DNA from: Verrucomicrobia bacterium UBA2281
Lineage (GTDB): Bacteria > Verrucomicrobiota > Kiritimatiellia > CAIQIC01 > Lenti-01
Assembly (NCBI GenBank): GCA_002347655.1
Contig: DDWR01000009.1
Span: 861-64,860 of the forward strand
Direction: 5' to 3'
DNA: 64,000 nt
Shown: positions 24,860-34,886 of the stretch, piece by piece
Layout of the letters: each line of letters opens with the position of its first letter
How positions within the stretch are numbered: the stretch's first letter is position 1
Program-made: the position numbers and the translations under genes
Notes under the pieces: generated by a model
The model's input: the letters and a program-made list of their open reading frames with translations, nothing else
Databases searched by the model: none
What the model was told of the DNA's origin: nothing

Positions 24860-26974
24860 TCAGGCTTCCGGCGTCTCGTCCTCTTTTTCGTGCTTCGTGC
24901 TACCATAATACTTCTTGGTCGTATAGTGGTAGTAATAATAGTAGTCGTCGCGCATGATGTTGATGTTGTTGAGCACGGCGCCCATGAGGTGGCCGCCGGC
25001 GTTTTCGATCATGCGCTTGGCGCGCAGGGAAATGATCTTGGGGTATTTCCGGTACTGCACCACCAGCAGCACGCCGTCGGCCTCGCTGGCCAGGATCGCC
25101 GCGTCCGTCACGCCCAGGATCGGCGGGGAATCCAGCAGGACGAAGTCGTAGCGGTCTTTCAGGGCGTCCAGCATGGCGCGCAGGCGCGCGTTGTTCATGA
25201 TGCCCAACGAGCCCCGGCGCAGCCGGCCGCTGGGCATCAGCCACAGGTTCGGCACGCCGGTTTCCTGGACGACGTCTTCGATCTTCAGCTCGTCGGTCAA
25301 CACGTTGACCATGCCGGTCCGGTTGGCCAAACCCACCATCTTGTGCTGCACCGGGCGGCGCAGGTCGGAGTCGACGATCAGCACCTTGCTGCCTTGCTCC
25401 GCGCACACGTAGGCCAGGTTGAACAGCGTGGTGGACTTGCCTTCGCCCACGCCGCCGCTGATGACGGTGAAGATCTTCTGCTTGCCCTCGCGGGCCAGCA
25501 GCGCCAAGCTGGTCCGCAACGCGCGGTAGGCTTCGCCCTGGCCGCTCGACTGGCCGGCTTCCGTCAGCGGCCGCGACTGCTGCGGAATGACCGCCAGGAC
25601 CGGCAAGCCCAGGTACTTCTCGACCTCGTCCACCGTCTTGATGGACACGTCGAGGTATTCCACGAAGAACGCCAGGCCGGTGCCCGCCATCAGGCCCAGG
25701 ACCACGCTCAGGAAGATGTTCAGCACGACCAGCGGGCTCGACGGCCGCTCCGGCGGCTCGGCTTCCTCGATGACGTCCACGGTCGTGCGGGGCACTTCCA
25801 CTTCGATGCCCGTCTGGGTGATCCGCGCGCGCAGCGCCGTCAGGATGTCGCGCTGGATGCTGACGTTGCGCTCCGCCCGGTCGAACGGCAGGAAATTCTC
25901 GCCTTCGGACACGATGTCCGAGGTCTTGATCTTGGACAGTTCCTCGTCCAACGCCGCGTATTTCTGGCGGGCCACTTCGTAGTCGGCCTGGATGCCGGCC
26001 TTGAGGCCGTCCAAGGCCGAAGCCAGCTGGCGCCGCAGTTCGGCGACGGCGCCTTTCAGGCGCAGGACGTCGGGATGGTTTTCGCCCATCACGCCGTTCT
26101 GGATCATGAGCTGCAGGCTCACCTGGCTGTCGATCAGCTGCTGGCGGATGCCCATCAAGGTGGGGTCCTGCACGATGTAGGCGGCCGCATCCATCAAGCG
26201 GTCGCCTTCCAGGCCTTCGAGCTGGTCCAGGCGGGCCTTGCGCACCAGCATTTCGACGCGGGCGGCGCTGCGTTCGCCTTCCAGCATGTTCAGGCGCGTG
26301 GCTTCCACGCGGATGCCCATCTGGCCGCGGCCGATCAGGGCGATGCCGCGTTCCTGGCGGATGCGTTCCAGCTCGGCCTCGGCCTCTTCGACGCGTTCCT
26401 GCTGCTTGCGCACTTCGTTGCTCATCGCGTCGATGGCGTGCTGGATCTCGCGGCGCTTGGCCACGAGGCGGCGATCCCGGTAGACGTTGGCGATTTCGTT
26501 GGCGATTTCGGCGGACCGCTTGGGATCCTCGCTGGTGACGCTGATGTTCATCAGCGTCGTGTCGCGGTCCTGCTCCACGCGCAGGCTGCGCGAGAGGATC
26601 TGCAGCGCCAGTTCCGGCGCCACGGGCGATTTGTCCTCGTTGAGCTCCGCGCCCCAGACCCGCTGGAGGTTCAGGTTGCGGATGACGGCCGTCAGCACCG
26701 GCCGGGACCGCATGATCTTTTCCTGCGTCATCAGGAAGAAGGGGTTGTAGCCCATGCGGCCGACCTGGCGTTCGTAGAAGGGGTCCACGTCCATGGCGTC
26801 TTCGCGCACCTCGAGCTGGGTGGTCGCGGTGAACTTCTTCGGCATCATCAGCGTGTAGGCGGTGCCCGTCACGATGGTGAGCAGCGCGACGGCCAGGATG
26901 ACTTCCTTGCGGTCGCGGATGACGCGCCAATAGTCGAGGAAATGGAGGGCCGTGGTCTGGGATTCTTCTGCCAT
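24860..26974 (-). CDS. Polysaccharide co-polymerase/tyrosine autokinase (Wzc/GumC-type BY-kinase)
   Basis: Wzz domain, coiled coil, Walker A ISGGVGEGKSTT, Walker B VLLDSPP, and Tyr cluster tail RDDYYYYYHYTTKKYYG. Confidence 0.9.
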   Translation of the reverse strand: MAEESQTTALHFLDYWRVIRDRKEVILAVALLTIVTGTAYTLMMPKKFTATTQLEVREDAMDVDPFYERQVGRMGYNPFFLMTQEKIMRSRPVLTAVIRNLNLQRVWGAELNEDKSPVAPELALQILSRSLRVEQDRDTTLMNISVTSEDPKRSAEIANEIANVYRDRRLVAKRREIQHAIDAMSNEVRKQQERVEEAEAELERIRQERGIALIGRGQMGIRVEATRLNMLEGERSAARVEMLVRKARLDQLEGLEGDRLMDAAAYIVQDPTLMGIRQQLIDSQVSLQLMIQNGVMGENHPDVLRLKGAVAELRRQLASALDGLKAGIQADYEVARQKYAALDEELSKIKTSDIVSEGENFLPFDRAERNVSIQRDILTALRARITQTGIEVEVPRTTVDVIEEAEPPERPSSPLVVLNIFLSVVLGLMAGTGLAFFVEYLDVSIKTVDEVEKYLGLPVLAVIPQQSRPLTEAGQSSGQGEAYRALRTSLALLAREGKQKIFTVISGGVGEGKSTTLFNLAYVCAEQGSKVLIVDSDLRRPVQHKMVGLANRTGMVNVLTDELKIEDVVQETGVPNLWLMPSGRLRRGSLGIMNNARLRAMLDALKDRYDFVLLDSPPILGVTDAAILASEADGVLLVVQYRKYPKIISLRAKRMIENAGGHLMGAVLNNINIMRDDYYYYYHYTTKKYYGSTKHEKEDETPEA

Positions 26975-27082
26975 GGGGTTTCGTCCTGAAAGGCCGGGCG
27001 GGGCTGGACGGCCCCGCCTGGCTGATGGGTCCGGAACAGGGAGAAGGCGGCCGTCCCCGGTCGCCTCCCCCGTCCTGCCGGA

Positions 27083-28291
27083 CTAGAACAGCTGGATCTT
27101 CCAGCCGATGATGTCCACGCGGAGCCGGTCGTAGCTCTCGCGGTTCACCAGATCGCTGTCCAGTTCGACGTACTGCAGGCCGGTCTCGATCCAATTGATC
27201 CGGTTGATCCGGTAGGACAGCCGCGCGCTCAGCAGGATGGACGTTTCGTCGGCATCGACCGCGTCGGCGCTCAGCGAGTAGTCCGCCTCGTAATCGTTGA
27301 CGGTGTACGCGCCGCTGGCGTAGAAGCTCAGTTTCGCCGTGAAATCGTGCGCGAAGCTCAGGGAGAAGTAGGTCCGCTTCTGGCTGAGGTAGTAGGAGAC
27401 GTCCGACTCGTAGATCGAATAGGACGCCGCTCCCGTGATGCGGGTGGCGGGCGACGGCAGGAAGGTCAGCGACAGTTCGCCGTACGGCTGGGTGTCGTCG
27501 TCGTATTCGTCGTTGTCGTACGTGCGCTGCGCGATGCCCGCGCGCAGGCTGCCGATCATCTTGGGGTTGAACGTCTGTTCCGCGCCCAGGCCGGCGAAGA
27601 GCGAATCGGCGTCGCGGTTGTTGGCTTCTTCCGCCTCGTCGTAGACCAGGGACTGGTAGCGCAGGTCGCCCATGAGCGTCGTGCGGCTGGCCAGCTGCTG
27701 GCGCAGCGTCAGGCCGCCGACCACGCTGTAGTAGTTGTCGTTTTCGTGGTCGTCTTCGGTGTAGCGCAGCAGGATGTGGCGCCCCGAGACGTCGATGCGG
27801 GTTTCCGGACGGACGTTGTAGGACAGGGTCGCTTGCGCGGAATTGTAGTAGTTGTCGTCGTCCTGGCGCACGACGAAGTTTTCGTCCTGCAGCTCGGGCA
27901 GCTGGCTGTAGCGCAGCGTGTCGTTGAAGGAGAGCGCCAACGCCGGCGTGAACTTCTGGACGACGTTCAGGTCCAGGTCGTGCCAGAGATCCGTGTCGTC
28001 GTCTTCGCGGTCCGAGAACCACGCCAACGTCGGGCGGTAGCGCAGGCCCACGTAGGTCCGCGGCAGGTTCAGGTTCAGCAGCAGTTCGATTTCCTCGAGG
28101 ATGCGGAAGCTGTCGGTTTCGTCGTGTTTGACCGTCGAGCCGTCGGGCTGGGTGGCTTCGCCGGCCTGGTAGACGTTGTCGTCGTAGCCGATGCGCAAGC
28201 GGTTGTTCATGTGGACGGGCGATTCCGCGAGAGCCGAGACCGCCAGCGCGGTCAGGCACGCCGCAGCGGCGAAAATGCGAATTTGTTTCAT
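27083..28291 (-). CDS. Putative outer-membrane beta-barrel protein of the polysaccharide export locus
   Basis: Signal peptide MKQIRIFAAAACLTALAVSALA, alternating amphipathic strands, acidic Tyr/Asp loops, and aromatic C-terminus WKIQLF. Confidence 0.65.
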   Translation of the reverse strand: MKQIRIFAAAACLTALAVSALAESPVHMNNRLRIGYDDNVYQAGEATQPDGSTVKHDETDSFRILEEIELLLNLNLPRTYVGLRYRPTLAWFSDREDDDTDLWHDLDLNVVQKFTPALALSFNDTLRYSQLPELQDENFVVRQDDDNYYNSAQATLSYNVRPETRIDVSGRHILLRYTEDDHENDNYYSVVGGLTLRQQLASRTTLMGDLRYQSLVYDEAEEANNRDADSLFAGLGAEQTFNPKMIGSLRAGIAQRTYDNDEYDDDTQPYGELSLTFLPSPATRITGAASYSIYESDVSYYLSQKRTYFSLSFAHDFTAKLSFYASGAYTVNDYEADYSLSADAVDADETSILLSARLSYRINRINWIETGLQYVELDSDLVNRESYDRLRVDIIGWKIQLF

Positions 28292-28337
28292 TTCGGTGTT
28301 CCTCATGGGTGGACTATCCTCAGATCGGCTGCGGGGG

Positions 28338-28940
28338 TCAATAGGGGGTCGGGGTAATCGGGCGGAATTCGCCGCGGATCGCTTCCAGCTCGCTGAAAAT
28401 CCGCGTCACCAGGGCCAGATCGACGGAATATTGGACCGTGCCGCCCGGCGTGAAGTTCACGTTGTAGACCAGCGGGTCGGTGGATTGCAGGCGCATGTCC
28501 TGACCCATGCCGTCGGGCAGGGTTTCGACCGACTGGATGGCTTCGCTGAGGCGGTCCAGCGAAATGCCGGCGGCTTTCAGCGCATCGATCCACGACTGCG
28601 GATCGCTGGGATTCTCCACCTGATCCTGCATGTTGAGCGCCTGGACGAGGACGCGCGCCAGATCCGCCTTCGTGACCACCGCGTCCAGCAACCAGCCGGC
28701 TTGCGGGCTGATGCCGTTCTGCATCAACAGGTCGAACATCTGCTGGGTGGAGGGGGCGACCGGCAAATGGCGGACCAGCCCCAGCGCCTTGACGAGCAGT
28801 TCCGCCAGTTGGGCGTGGGTCACGGGGCCGGACGGCTGGGATTTGTTGGCACCGGCCTTCTCTTTCTTGGCCGGGGCGGCCGGGGCGGCCGTGGCGGCCA
28901 GCATCAACCCCACCATCAAAAACACGAAGATCTTCTTCAT
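28338..28940 (-). CDS. Secreted hypothetical protein
   Basis: Start MKKIFVFLMVGLMLAATAAPA with AAGGAG SD. Weak SLH-like stretch VTHAQLAELLVKALGL. Confidence 0.55.
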   Translation of the reverse strand: MKKIFVFLMVGLMLAATAAPAAPAKKEKAGANKSQPSGPVTHAQLAELLVKALGLVRHLPVAPSTQQMFDLLMQNGISPQAGWLLDAVVTKADLARVLVQALNMQDQVENPSDPQSWIDALKAAGISLDRLSEAIQSVETLPDGMGQDMRLQSTDPLVYNVNFTPGGTVQYSVDLALVTRIFSELEAIRGEFRPITPTPY

Positions 28941-29155
28941 CTTTTGTCTCCTTGCCCGCAGGCGGCAAATCCGTTTGACCACGCGGCCCGCCGTGGGCCT
29001 TTGTTAACCGTGCGTAAATAATGCTTTACCGCCCCCCCTGCCGTCAACTGAAAACCGGCGGTTTTCCGGAACATATTTGGAGTTGATTTTCGCCCCGTCC
29101 AAAGGCACGATGGACCCCTCATCAACGGTTCCAGTCCAGAGACGGAGACGATTCC

Positions 29156-29653
29156 ATGGCCAAACTCAGCGGCATGTCCGGCGATTTCAAGGGACGTGAA
29201 TATCCCATCGAACAGGGCGAGATCACGATCGGCCGCAAAGCCGACAACGTGATTTTGCTGGATCACCCAACGATTTCCAGCCACCATTGCCGCATCCTGC
29301 GCAACGGCGACGCCTGCGTCCTGCAAGATCTCGACTCCACCAACGGCACCCGCGTCAATTCCCGCGACGTCAAGGAATCCGCCTTGCGCCACAAGGACTT
29401 GATCCAGCTCGGGTCCATCGAATTCCTGTTCGACGCCCCCGAATTGGCCAGTTCCGGCGCCCGCTACACGGACGCCAACGCGGAAGTCGCCACGGGCGCC
29501 ATGTCCGCCCCGCAGGATTTCGCCAGCATTTCCCCCTTTGGCGCCCCGCCGAAGGAACGGCGCGGCGTCTGGTACTTTGCGCTGGCGGCGGTCGGCGTCG
29601 TTGCGCTGGTCGCGCTTGCGTTCTTCCTGCTCATGCTCGCGAAGGCCGGCTGA
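29156..29653 (+). CDS. FHA domain protein with C-terminal transmembrane anchor
   Basis: ITIGRKADNVILLDHPTISSHHCRI ... STNGTRVN, and C-terminal TM helix WYFALAAVGVVALVALAFFLLML. Confidence 0.85.
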   Translation: MAKLSGMSGDFKGREYPIEQGEITIGRKADNVILLDHPTISSHHCRILRNGDACVLQDLDSTNGTRVNSRDVKESALRHKDLIQLGSIEFLFDAPELASSGARYTDANAEVATGAMSAPQDFASISPFGAPPKERRGVWYFALAAVGVVALVALAFFLLMLAKAG

Positions 29654-29674
29654 TCCCCGCCAACGGCGGTTGCC

Positions 29675-30361
29675 ATGAGCCGACCCCCTCCGCGCTTCCG
29701 CCCCGCGGGCTTCACGTTCGTCGAACTGCTGCTGGCACTGGCGCTGGGCGCCTTGGTCGCCGCCATTCTGGGCACGTTGGTCCATGGCCTGTTGGCCGCC
29801 GGCGAAGGCCAATCCGACCGGCTTCGCGGTCCGTTCGCCGCCCGCGCCGCCTTGCGCGGCCTGGCCCGCGAACTGGCCTGCGCCTTCGCGCCGCCCGTCG
29901 AAAACCTCCCGCCCCTGCGGCTGGCCGCCTCCACGGAAGTCGGCCGGCCGGAAACCGCATTGTCCTTCTACGTTCCCGTTCCCGGTCCGCTCGGTTACGA
30001 CGTCGAGCAGGTCACCTACGAAATCGCGCCCACCCGCGGGCCGCGGCGCGAATGGCGGCGCATCTCGGTCCCCTGCTCCGGCCCGCACACCAACGCCCCC
30101 GTCACGAACGTCCTCTACGAAGGCCGGTTTGCCTTGACCGTCGAGGTCCTCGTCGACGGTGCCGCGCAGGCCGTTTGGCCGCCCCCCGAAAACGACCCCC
30201 CGGCCGGCCTGCCCGCATCCGTGCGCTTGACCCTCGCGGTGCCCGGGCAGGAACCCCGGCAAACCGAAGTGCTCATCCAAGCCGCCACCGGGATCCGCTG
30301 CCCCGTCGAACGGGACGAACCGGACGGGAATTCAGCGACCAACGCCCCCGCCGGCGAATAG
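29675..30361 (+). CDS. Orphan pseudopilin (prepilin-type N-terminal cleavage/methylation domain, GspJ-like)
   Basis: [20 protein letters not shown] class III signal. Confidence 0.7.
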   Translation: MSRPPPRFRPAGFTFVELLLALALGALVAAILGTLVHGLLAAGEGQSDRLRGPFAARAALRGLARELACAFAPPVENLPPLRLAASTEVGRPETALSFYVPVPGPLGYDVEQVTYEIAPTRGPRREWRRISVPCSGPHTNAPVTNVLYEGRFALTVEVLVDGAAQAVWPPPENDPPAGLPASVRLTLAVPGQEPRQTEVLIQAATGIRCPVERDEPDGNSATNAPAGE

Positions 30362-30385
30362 AATCCCGGCGGCCGCCGAAAACGC

Positions 30386-30414
30386 TTGCGGACAGGAAAC
30401 CGAACACGTATCTT
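30386..30414 (+). promoter_or_regulatory. Candidate promoter TTGCGG-N17-TATCTT upstream of tRNA-Leu
   Basis: Hexamers and spacing read directly. Same -10 hexamer as the mutY candidate. Confidence 0.3.
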
Positions 30415-30451
30415 CTGCGCCCATTGACCACGAGGTCATCCCGCTCCCGGT

Positions 30452-30535
<84 letters not shown>

Positions 30536-30616
30536 TTTTTCCGCTTTTCCGCCGGCCGGAACGGCTTGCCCCGCTCCGCATCCCGCCGTAGGATGGCACC
30601 CGGATAAGGAACGCCC

Positions 30617-31117
30617 ATGAAAGCCATCGTGGTTTATGAATCGCTGTGGGGCAATACCGCCGCCGTCGCCCGCGCCATCGCCGAAGGCATCGGTCCGGAC
30701 GCCCGGGCCCTGTCCACCGCCGAAGCCGTTCCGGCCGTCGTGGCCGGTGCGGACCTGATCGTCGCCGGCGCGCCGCTGTTCGCCTTCCGGTTGCCGACCG
30801 ACGACATCCGCGAAACCATCCGCAAGAAAGCGGCGTCGTTCGCGGCGGCGCCGGATCTGTCGCATCCCGCCCTGCGGACTTGGTTGGACGCCTTGCCGGC
30901 GGGCCGCGGCCGCGGCGCGGCATTCGAAACGCGGATGTGGTTTTCGCCCGGCGGCGCCACGGGATCCATTTTGCGGGGTCTGAAAGCGGCGGGCTACGCG
31001 CCGCTCGCGCGCGGCAAGCGCTTCGGCGTGGCCGGCATGACCGGCCCGCTGAAGCGGGGCGAACTGGAACGCGCCCGGGCCTGGGGTGCGCGCCTCGCGC
31101 GCGCCGCGCGCGCCTGA
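30617..31117 (+). CDS. Flavodoxin-like protein
   Basis: [25 protein letters not shown] and DLIVAGAP match the flavodoxin-fold N-terminus. Confidence 0.7.
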   Translation: MKAIVVYESLWGNTAAVARAIAEGIGPDARALSTAEAVPAVVAGADLIVAGAPLFAFRLPTDDIRETIRKKAASFAAAPDLSHPALRTWLDALPAGRGRGAAFETRMWFSPGGATGSILRGLKAAGYAPLARGKRFGVAGMTGPLKRGELERARAWGARLARAARA

Positions 31118-31945
31118 TCAGTTTCCTGTCCGCATCTGGTCCAGCAGGTCGCGCAGGTGATCGGCCGCGGGACCGAACCGAGCGAGATCGCGCGCGGTTT
31201 CCGCCAGCAACGCTTCCGCGCGGGCGCCGGCCTGTTCGGGACCGAACAGCGAATAGGCGGTGAAACGGCCGGCCTCCCGATAGGCGCCGTCTTCTTCCGG
31301 ACCGTCGGCGACGTCGTCGAGCAGTTGATAGGCCATGCCCAGGCGCAGGCCGGCGGCGCGCAGCGCGGCGGCGGCGGTTTCGTCCGCGCCGCACAACAGG
31401 GCGCCGCCAGCCAGTGCCGCCGCGAACAGCGCCCCGCTTTTCCGCGCGTAGCAGGCCAGCAATTCCGCCGCGGACGCTTTTTTTCGCGCGAGCGCCAAAT
31501 CCGTTTCTTGGCCGGCGGCCAATTCGCCGCCCAATTCCCCCAGCAACCGCAGCGCGCGCACCCGGCAATCGGCCGGGGCCGCTTCCGCTTCCGCCACCGC
31601 CCGATAGGCCCGATTGACCAAAAACGCCGGCAGCAGATCCACCGCCCAGTCCGGAAACACGAGATGGACGCAGGCCTTGCCGCGGCGCGTCGCGGCGTTG
31701 TCCATCGAAGGCAAATCGTCGAGCACGAGCGAAGCCGCGTGCATCATTTCCACCGCGGCCGCCAACGGCAGGGCGCAGACGTCCGCGTCCGCGCGGAACA
31801 GCCCGCCGGCCAGCAAGGCCATCCGGCCCCGCCAACGGTGCCCCCCGCCGAGCGTCGCGTAGCGCGCCGCGCGGATCAGTTCTCCTTCCGGATGATCGGC
31901 AAACGCCGCCGCCAGCGCCTGTTCGATCCGGCCCAGATCGTCCAC
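31118..31945 (-). CDS. Polyprenyl (farnesyl/geranylgeranyl) diphosphate synthase
   Basis: First Asp-rich motif LVLDDLPSMDN, second QLLDDVAD. Start inferred as GTG 31945, just after the upstream stop. Confidence 0.8.
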   Translation of the reverse strand: MDDLGRIEQALAAAFADHPEGELIRAARYATLGGGHRWRGRMALLAGGLFRADADVCALPLAAAVEMMHAASLVLDDLPSMDNAATRRGKACVHLVFPDWAVDLLPAFLVNRAYRAVAEAEAAPADCRVRALRLLGELGGELAAGQETDLALARKKASAAELLACYARKSGALFAAALAGGALLCGADETAAAALRAAGLRLGMAYQLLDDVADGPEEDGAYREAGRFTAYSLFGPEQAGARAEALLAETARDLARFGPAADHLRDLLDQMRTGN

Positions 31946-31958
31946 GCCGCGCGGCCCC

Positions 31959-32309
31959 CTAGAAGCGGACTCGCCAGCCGACGGTCGCGCCGGCCACTTC
32001 GGTTGCGGGGCCGGCCGCCGGCTCCCCGAGGGGCGCGGCCACCGCCTGCAGGACGAGCGGCGATTCCTCGGCCGCCTGCGCCGCCCGGGCAATGGCCCTC
32101 TCCACGTCGGCCTGCGTGTAGCGTTCCACGTCGGATCGCAGCACCACCAACCCGTACACCACGAGGACCGTGGCCATGAGCCCCACGGTGATCGCGGCGC
32201 CCATGGAATCGTCGCCCGATTCCGCGCGCGCCGGCGCCGCCGGCAGCGTCGCGATGACCAAGGCGGCGATCAGCAGCGCCGCCGTTCCGTTCCGTCCGCG
32301 TGTCTTCAT
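31959..32309 (-). CDS. Small exported/membrane protein (116 aa), unknown function
   Basis: Start MKTRGRNG with GGAGG SD. Signal peptide plus one TM. Ends GWRVRF. Confidence 0.5.
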   Translation of the reverse strand: MKTRGRNGTAALLIAALVIATLPAAPARAESGDDSMGAAITVGLMATVLVVYGLVVLRSDVERYTQADVERAIARAAQAAEESPLVLQAVAAPLGEPAAGPATEVAGATVGWRVRF

Positions 32310-32332
32310 CTCGTGCCTCCGCTTCCGCGCCG

Positions 32333-33316
32333 TCAAAACGCCCCGAAGAAAATGCTGGTGAAGGTGGTGACCGGCGAGGTTTCCCGCATGTCGTCCACCG
32401 TCGCGCGGCCTTCGCGCAGCAGCGCCTGGAACTCGCGATAGACCCCTTCGTCGGCCAGCAGCTTGCCCAGCGTGCCTTCGCCGCGGCCGACGGATTCCGC
32501 AAGCGTCCGCACTTGCGCGACGGTGGCGGCCAGATCCCGGTAGACCTGGTCGTCCTCGCTCAGCAACCGGCCCATCGTGCCTTCGCCCTTGGCCAGGCGG
32601 CCGCTGATATCGCCCAAATTCGCGGCGACCTGCTGCAACTGCCCGTAGACCTCGTCGTCCATCACGAGCTTGCCGATGGTGCCCTCGCCCTTCGCGATCG
32701 CGTCGCTGATCGTGCGGACGTTCGCGGCGATCTGCTGGACGTCGCCGTAGAGCTGGTCGTCGTTCAGGAGGCGGCTGAGGGTGCCGTTGCCTTCGCCGAG
32801 GCTTTCGGTGATCTTGCGGATCTGCGCCATGGCGGCCTTCAGGTCCGCCAGCACGCCGTCGTTGAGCGCGGCCTGGATGTCCTGGACGGTCTTCGTGGCC
32901 GTGTCCATCAGTTCCGCCGAAGCGCTGCCCCGCAGGGGCGCGTCCAGGGAGAGCCGCGGGGCGGCGGGATCGCCGAGGTCCACGCTCAGGTAGCGGCCGC
33001 CGAGCACGGAACCCGTCGCCACTTCGATCCGGTAGCCTTCGCGCAGTTCCACGGGCACGTCCAGGCGCGCCTGCACGTGGACGCCGTCCGGCTCCAGCCA
33101 AAGGCCCTTCACCTTGCCGATGACCACCCCGCGCGCGTTCACCTCGTCGCCCACGCGCAACCCGCTCACCGATTCGAACACGACGTCGAGATACGTGTAC
33201 TTCCGGAACAGCATTTCCTCGCTGAGATACGTCGTCAGCGCGAAGAGCACCGCGATGATCGCAAAAGCGAAAATCCCGACCGTCGCTTCGATGGCCACTT
33301 GCTTCTTGAACTTCAT
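32333..33316 (-). CDS. mlaD: MlaD/MCE-family protein with four ~35-aa helical repeats
   Basis: MKFKKQVAIEATVGIFAFAIIAV, MCE domain GLRVGDEVNARGVVIGKV, and repeats ending GEG(T/N)xG(K/R)L. ATGA overlap with mlaF. Confidence 0.85.
   Translation of the reverse strand: MKFKKQVAIEATVGIFAFAIIAVLFALTTYLSEEMLFRKYTYLDVVFESVSGLRVGDEVNARGVVIGKVKGLWLEPDGVHVQARLDVPVELREGYRIEVATGSVLGGRYLSVDLGDPAAPRLSLDAPLRGSASAELMDTATKTVQDIQAALNDGVLADLKAAMAQIRKITESLGEGNGTLSRLLNDDQLYGDVQQIAANVRTISDAIAKGEGTIGKLVMDDEVYGQLQQVAANLGDISGRLAKGEGTMGRLLSEDDQVYRDLAATVAQVRTLAESVGRGEGTLGKLLADEGVYREFQALLREGRATVDDMRETSPVTTFTSIFFGAF
32417..32869 (-). repeat. Intragenic tandem repeats (4 x about 105 bp) encoding LLxDDxxYxxxxxxAxxxxxxxxxxxxGEGTxGK
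   Basis: GEG motifs at residues 174, 210, 244 and 279 of the MlaD protein. The repetition is also visible at DNA level. Confidence 0.6.
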
Positions 33317-34077
33317 TTTTCGAACGCCTTTCGGACGTCTTCCAGGCCGGCGATGCCCTGGGCCCGCAAGAAGTCTCTCACGACCGGATGTTCCGATGCA
33401 ACGAATTCCGCCGGCGGCGCGCAGACCACGAACCGGCCTTCGTGGAGCATCGCCACGCGCGAGCCGATGCCCAGCGCGCTGTAGAGATCGTGCGTCACCA
33501 CCACGCTGGTCACGCCCAGGCGCCGCCGCAGGTCGTCGATCAGCAGGTCGATCTGGCGCGAAATCAGCGGATCCAACCCGGAGGTCGGTTCGTCGTAGAG
33601 GATGATTTCCGGCTGGGTGGCGATGGCCCGCGCCAGCCCCACGCGCTTGCGCATGCCGCCGGAGATGTCGGCGGGCAACTTGTCGCCGGCCCCCTCCAGC
33701 CCGACCAGCGCGAGCTTCTCGGCCGCGATCCGGCGGATTTCCGCATCGGGCCGGTTCGTCGTCTGCCGCAGCGGCAGGCAGACGTTGTCCTCCACGTTCA
33801 GCCACTGGAGCAGCGCCGAGCCCTGGAAGAGCACCCCGAAGCGCCGCAGGATTTTTTCCAGCCGGGCGCCGTCCGCCTCGCTGACGCAGTCGTCGCCCAC
33901 CCACACCCGGCCGGCTTCCGGCGTCAGCAGCCGGATCATGTGCCGGAGGCTCACGCTCTTGCCCGCGCCCGAGAGCCCCACGATCACGAAGGTTTCGCCC
34001 TGTTCGATCTCGTAGCTGGCGTCGTCCAGCACCGTCTTGCGCCCGAAGCGCTTGGTCACGTGTTCGAAGCGGATCAT
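33313..34077 (-). CDS. mlaF: ABC transporter ATP-binding protein (MlaF-like, motifs intact)
   Basis: Walker A GLSGAGKS, Q-loop LFQGSAL, signature ISGGMRKRVGLARA, Walker B IILYDEP, H-loop VVTHD. Confidence 0.9.
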   Translation of the reverse strand: MIRFEHVTKRFGRKTVLDDASYEIEQGETFVIVGLSGAGKSVSLRHMIRLLTPEAGRVWVGDDCVSEADGARLEKILRRFGVLFQGSALLQWLNVEDNVCLPLRQTTNRPDAEIRRIAAEKLALVGLEGAGDKLPADISGGMRKRVGLARAIATQPEIILYDEPTSGLDPLISRQIDLLIDDLRRRLGVTSVVVTHDLYSALGIGSRVAMLHEGRFVVCAPPAEFVASEHPVVRDFLRAQGIAGLEDVRKAFEK

Positions 34078-34886
34078 TTGTAGAACAGCCTCGTCACGAA
34101 GTAGCCCAGCGTCAGGATCAGCAGGAACGACACGATCACCGTGCGGCGCGTCGCGCGACCCACGCCGACCGCGCCTTCGCGCGTCGTGAAGCCCTGGTAG
34201 CACGCCACGCAGGTCACGATCAGCCCGAAAATGAACGCCTTGAGCAGCCCCACCCACAGGTCCTTGTTGTGCGTGTAGCGGAAGGCGATGTCGTAGTAGG
34301 CCTCATAGGACACCCCCAGCATCGTCGCGCCCACCACCGACCCGCCGAACAGCCCGATCAGATCCATATAGGCCGTCAGCATCGGCGTCATCACCGCCAA
34401 CGCCACCAGGCGCGGCATCATCAGGTAGCGCCGCGGATCGATCCCCATCACGTCCAGCGCGGCGATTTCCTCGGACACCGTCATCGTGCCCAGCTGCGCG
34501 GCGATGGCCGAGCCCACGCTGGCCGCGATCACCAGCCCCGTCATGAACGGCCCCATTTCGCGCAGCATGGCGTTGCACACCAGCGTGCCGATCTGGCCTT
34601 CCTGGCTGAAGATCCGCAGCGCCAGCCCGAGCTGCAGCGCCAGGATCATCCCCGTGAACAGCCCCACCACCGACACCACGCCCAGGCTCTTGATCCCCAC
34701 GACGTAGCACTGCTGCATCACGTCGGTCCGGTTTTTCCGGGAGAACGCGTACGGCACCTGCAGGATCGCCCCGCCCAGCAGCAGCAGCGCGCGGCCGCTG
34801 CCCTGGCACGCCAGGATCACGCGCCGCCCGAGCGCGACGAGCGCGTTCGGCGGCGGTTCGAAATACTGTTGTTCGCGCGTGATCAT
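34074..34886 (-). CDS. mlaE: MlaE-family ABC permease
   Basis: LREMGPFMTGLVIAASVGSAIAAQLGTMTVSEEIAALDVMGIDPRRYLMMPRL. ATGA overlaps on both sides. Confidence 0.9.
   Translation of the reverse strand: MITREQQYFEPPPNALVALGRRVILACQGSGRALLLLGGAILQVPYAFSRKNRTDVMQQCYVVGIKSLGVVSVVGLFTGMILALQLGLALRIFSQEGQIGTLVCNAMLREMGPFMTGLVIAASVGSAIAAQLGTMTVSEEIAALDVMGIDPRRYLMMPRLVALAVMTPMLTAYMDLIGLFGGSVVGATMLGVSYEAYYDIAFRYTHNKDLWVGLLKAFIFGLIVTCVACYQGFTTREGAVGVGRATRRTVIVSFLLILTLGYFVTRLFYK

Noticed and set aside
26975-27082. GGCGGGGC-N6-GCCCCGCC hairpin between the OM barrel and wzc genes as a terminator
   Set aside because: It has no U-tract and lies inside an apparently continuous operon. It could be an RNA processing or attenuation site, but the evidence is too weak to call.
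21770-28259. Long minus-strand ORFs 21770-24832 (1020 aa) and 24900-28259 (1119 aa)
   Set aside because: They are alternative frames of the Wzy-like, Wza, Wzc and OM-barrel genes. They are Arg/Pro/Gly-rich, and the recognisable motifs lie in the other frames.
34800-34816. TGGCACG sequence as a second sigma-54 promoter
   Set aside because: It lies inside the mlaE coding region on the non-coding orientation and lacks the TTGC element at the -12 spacing.
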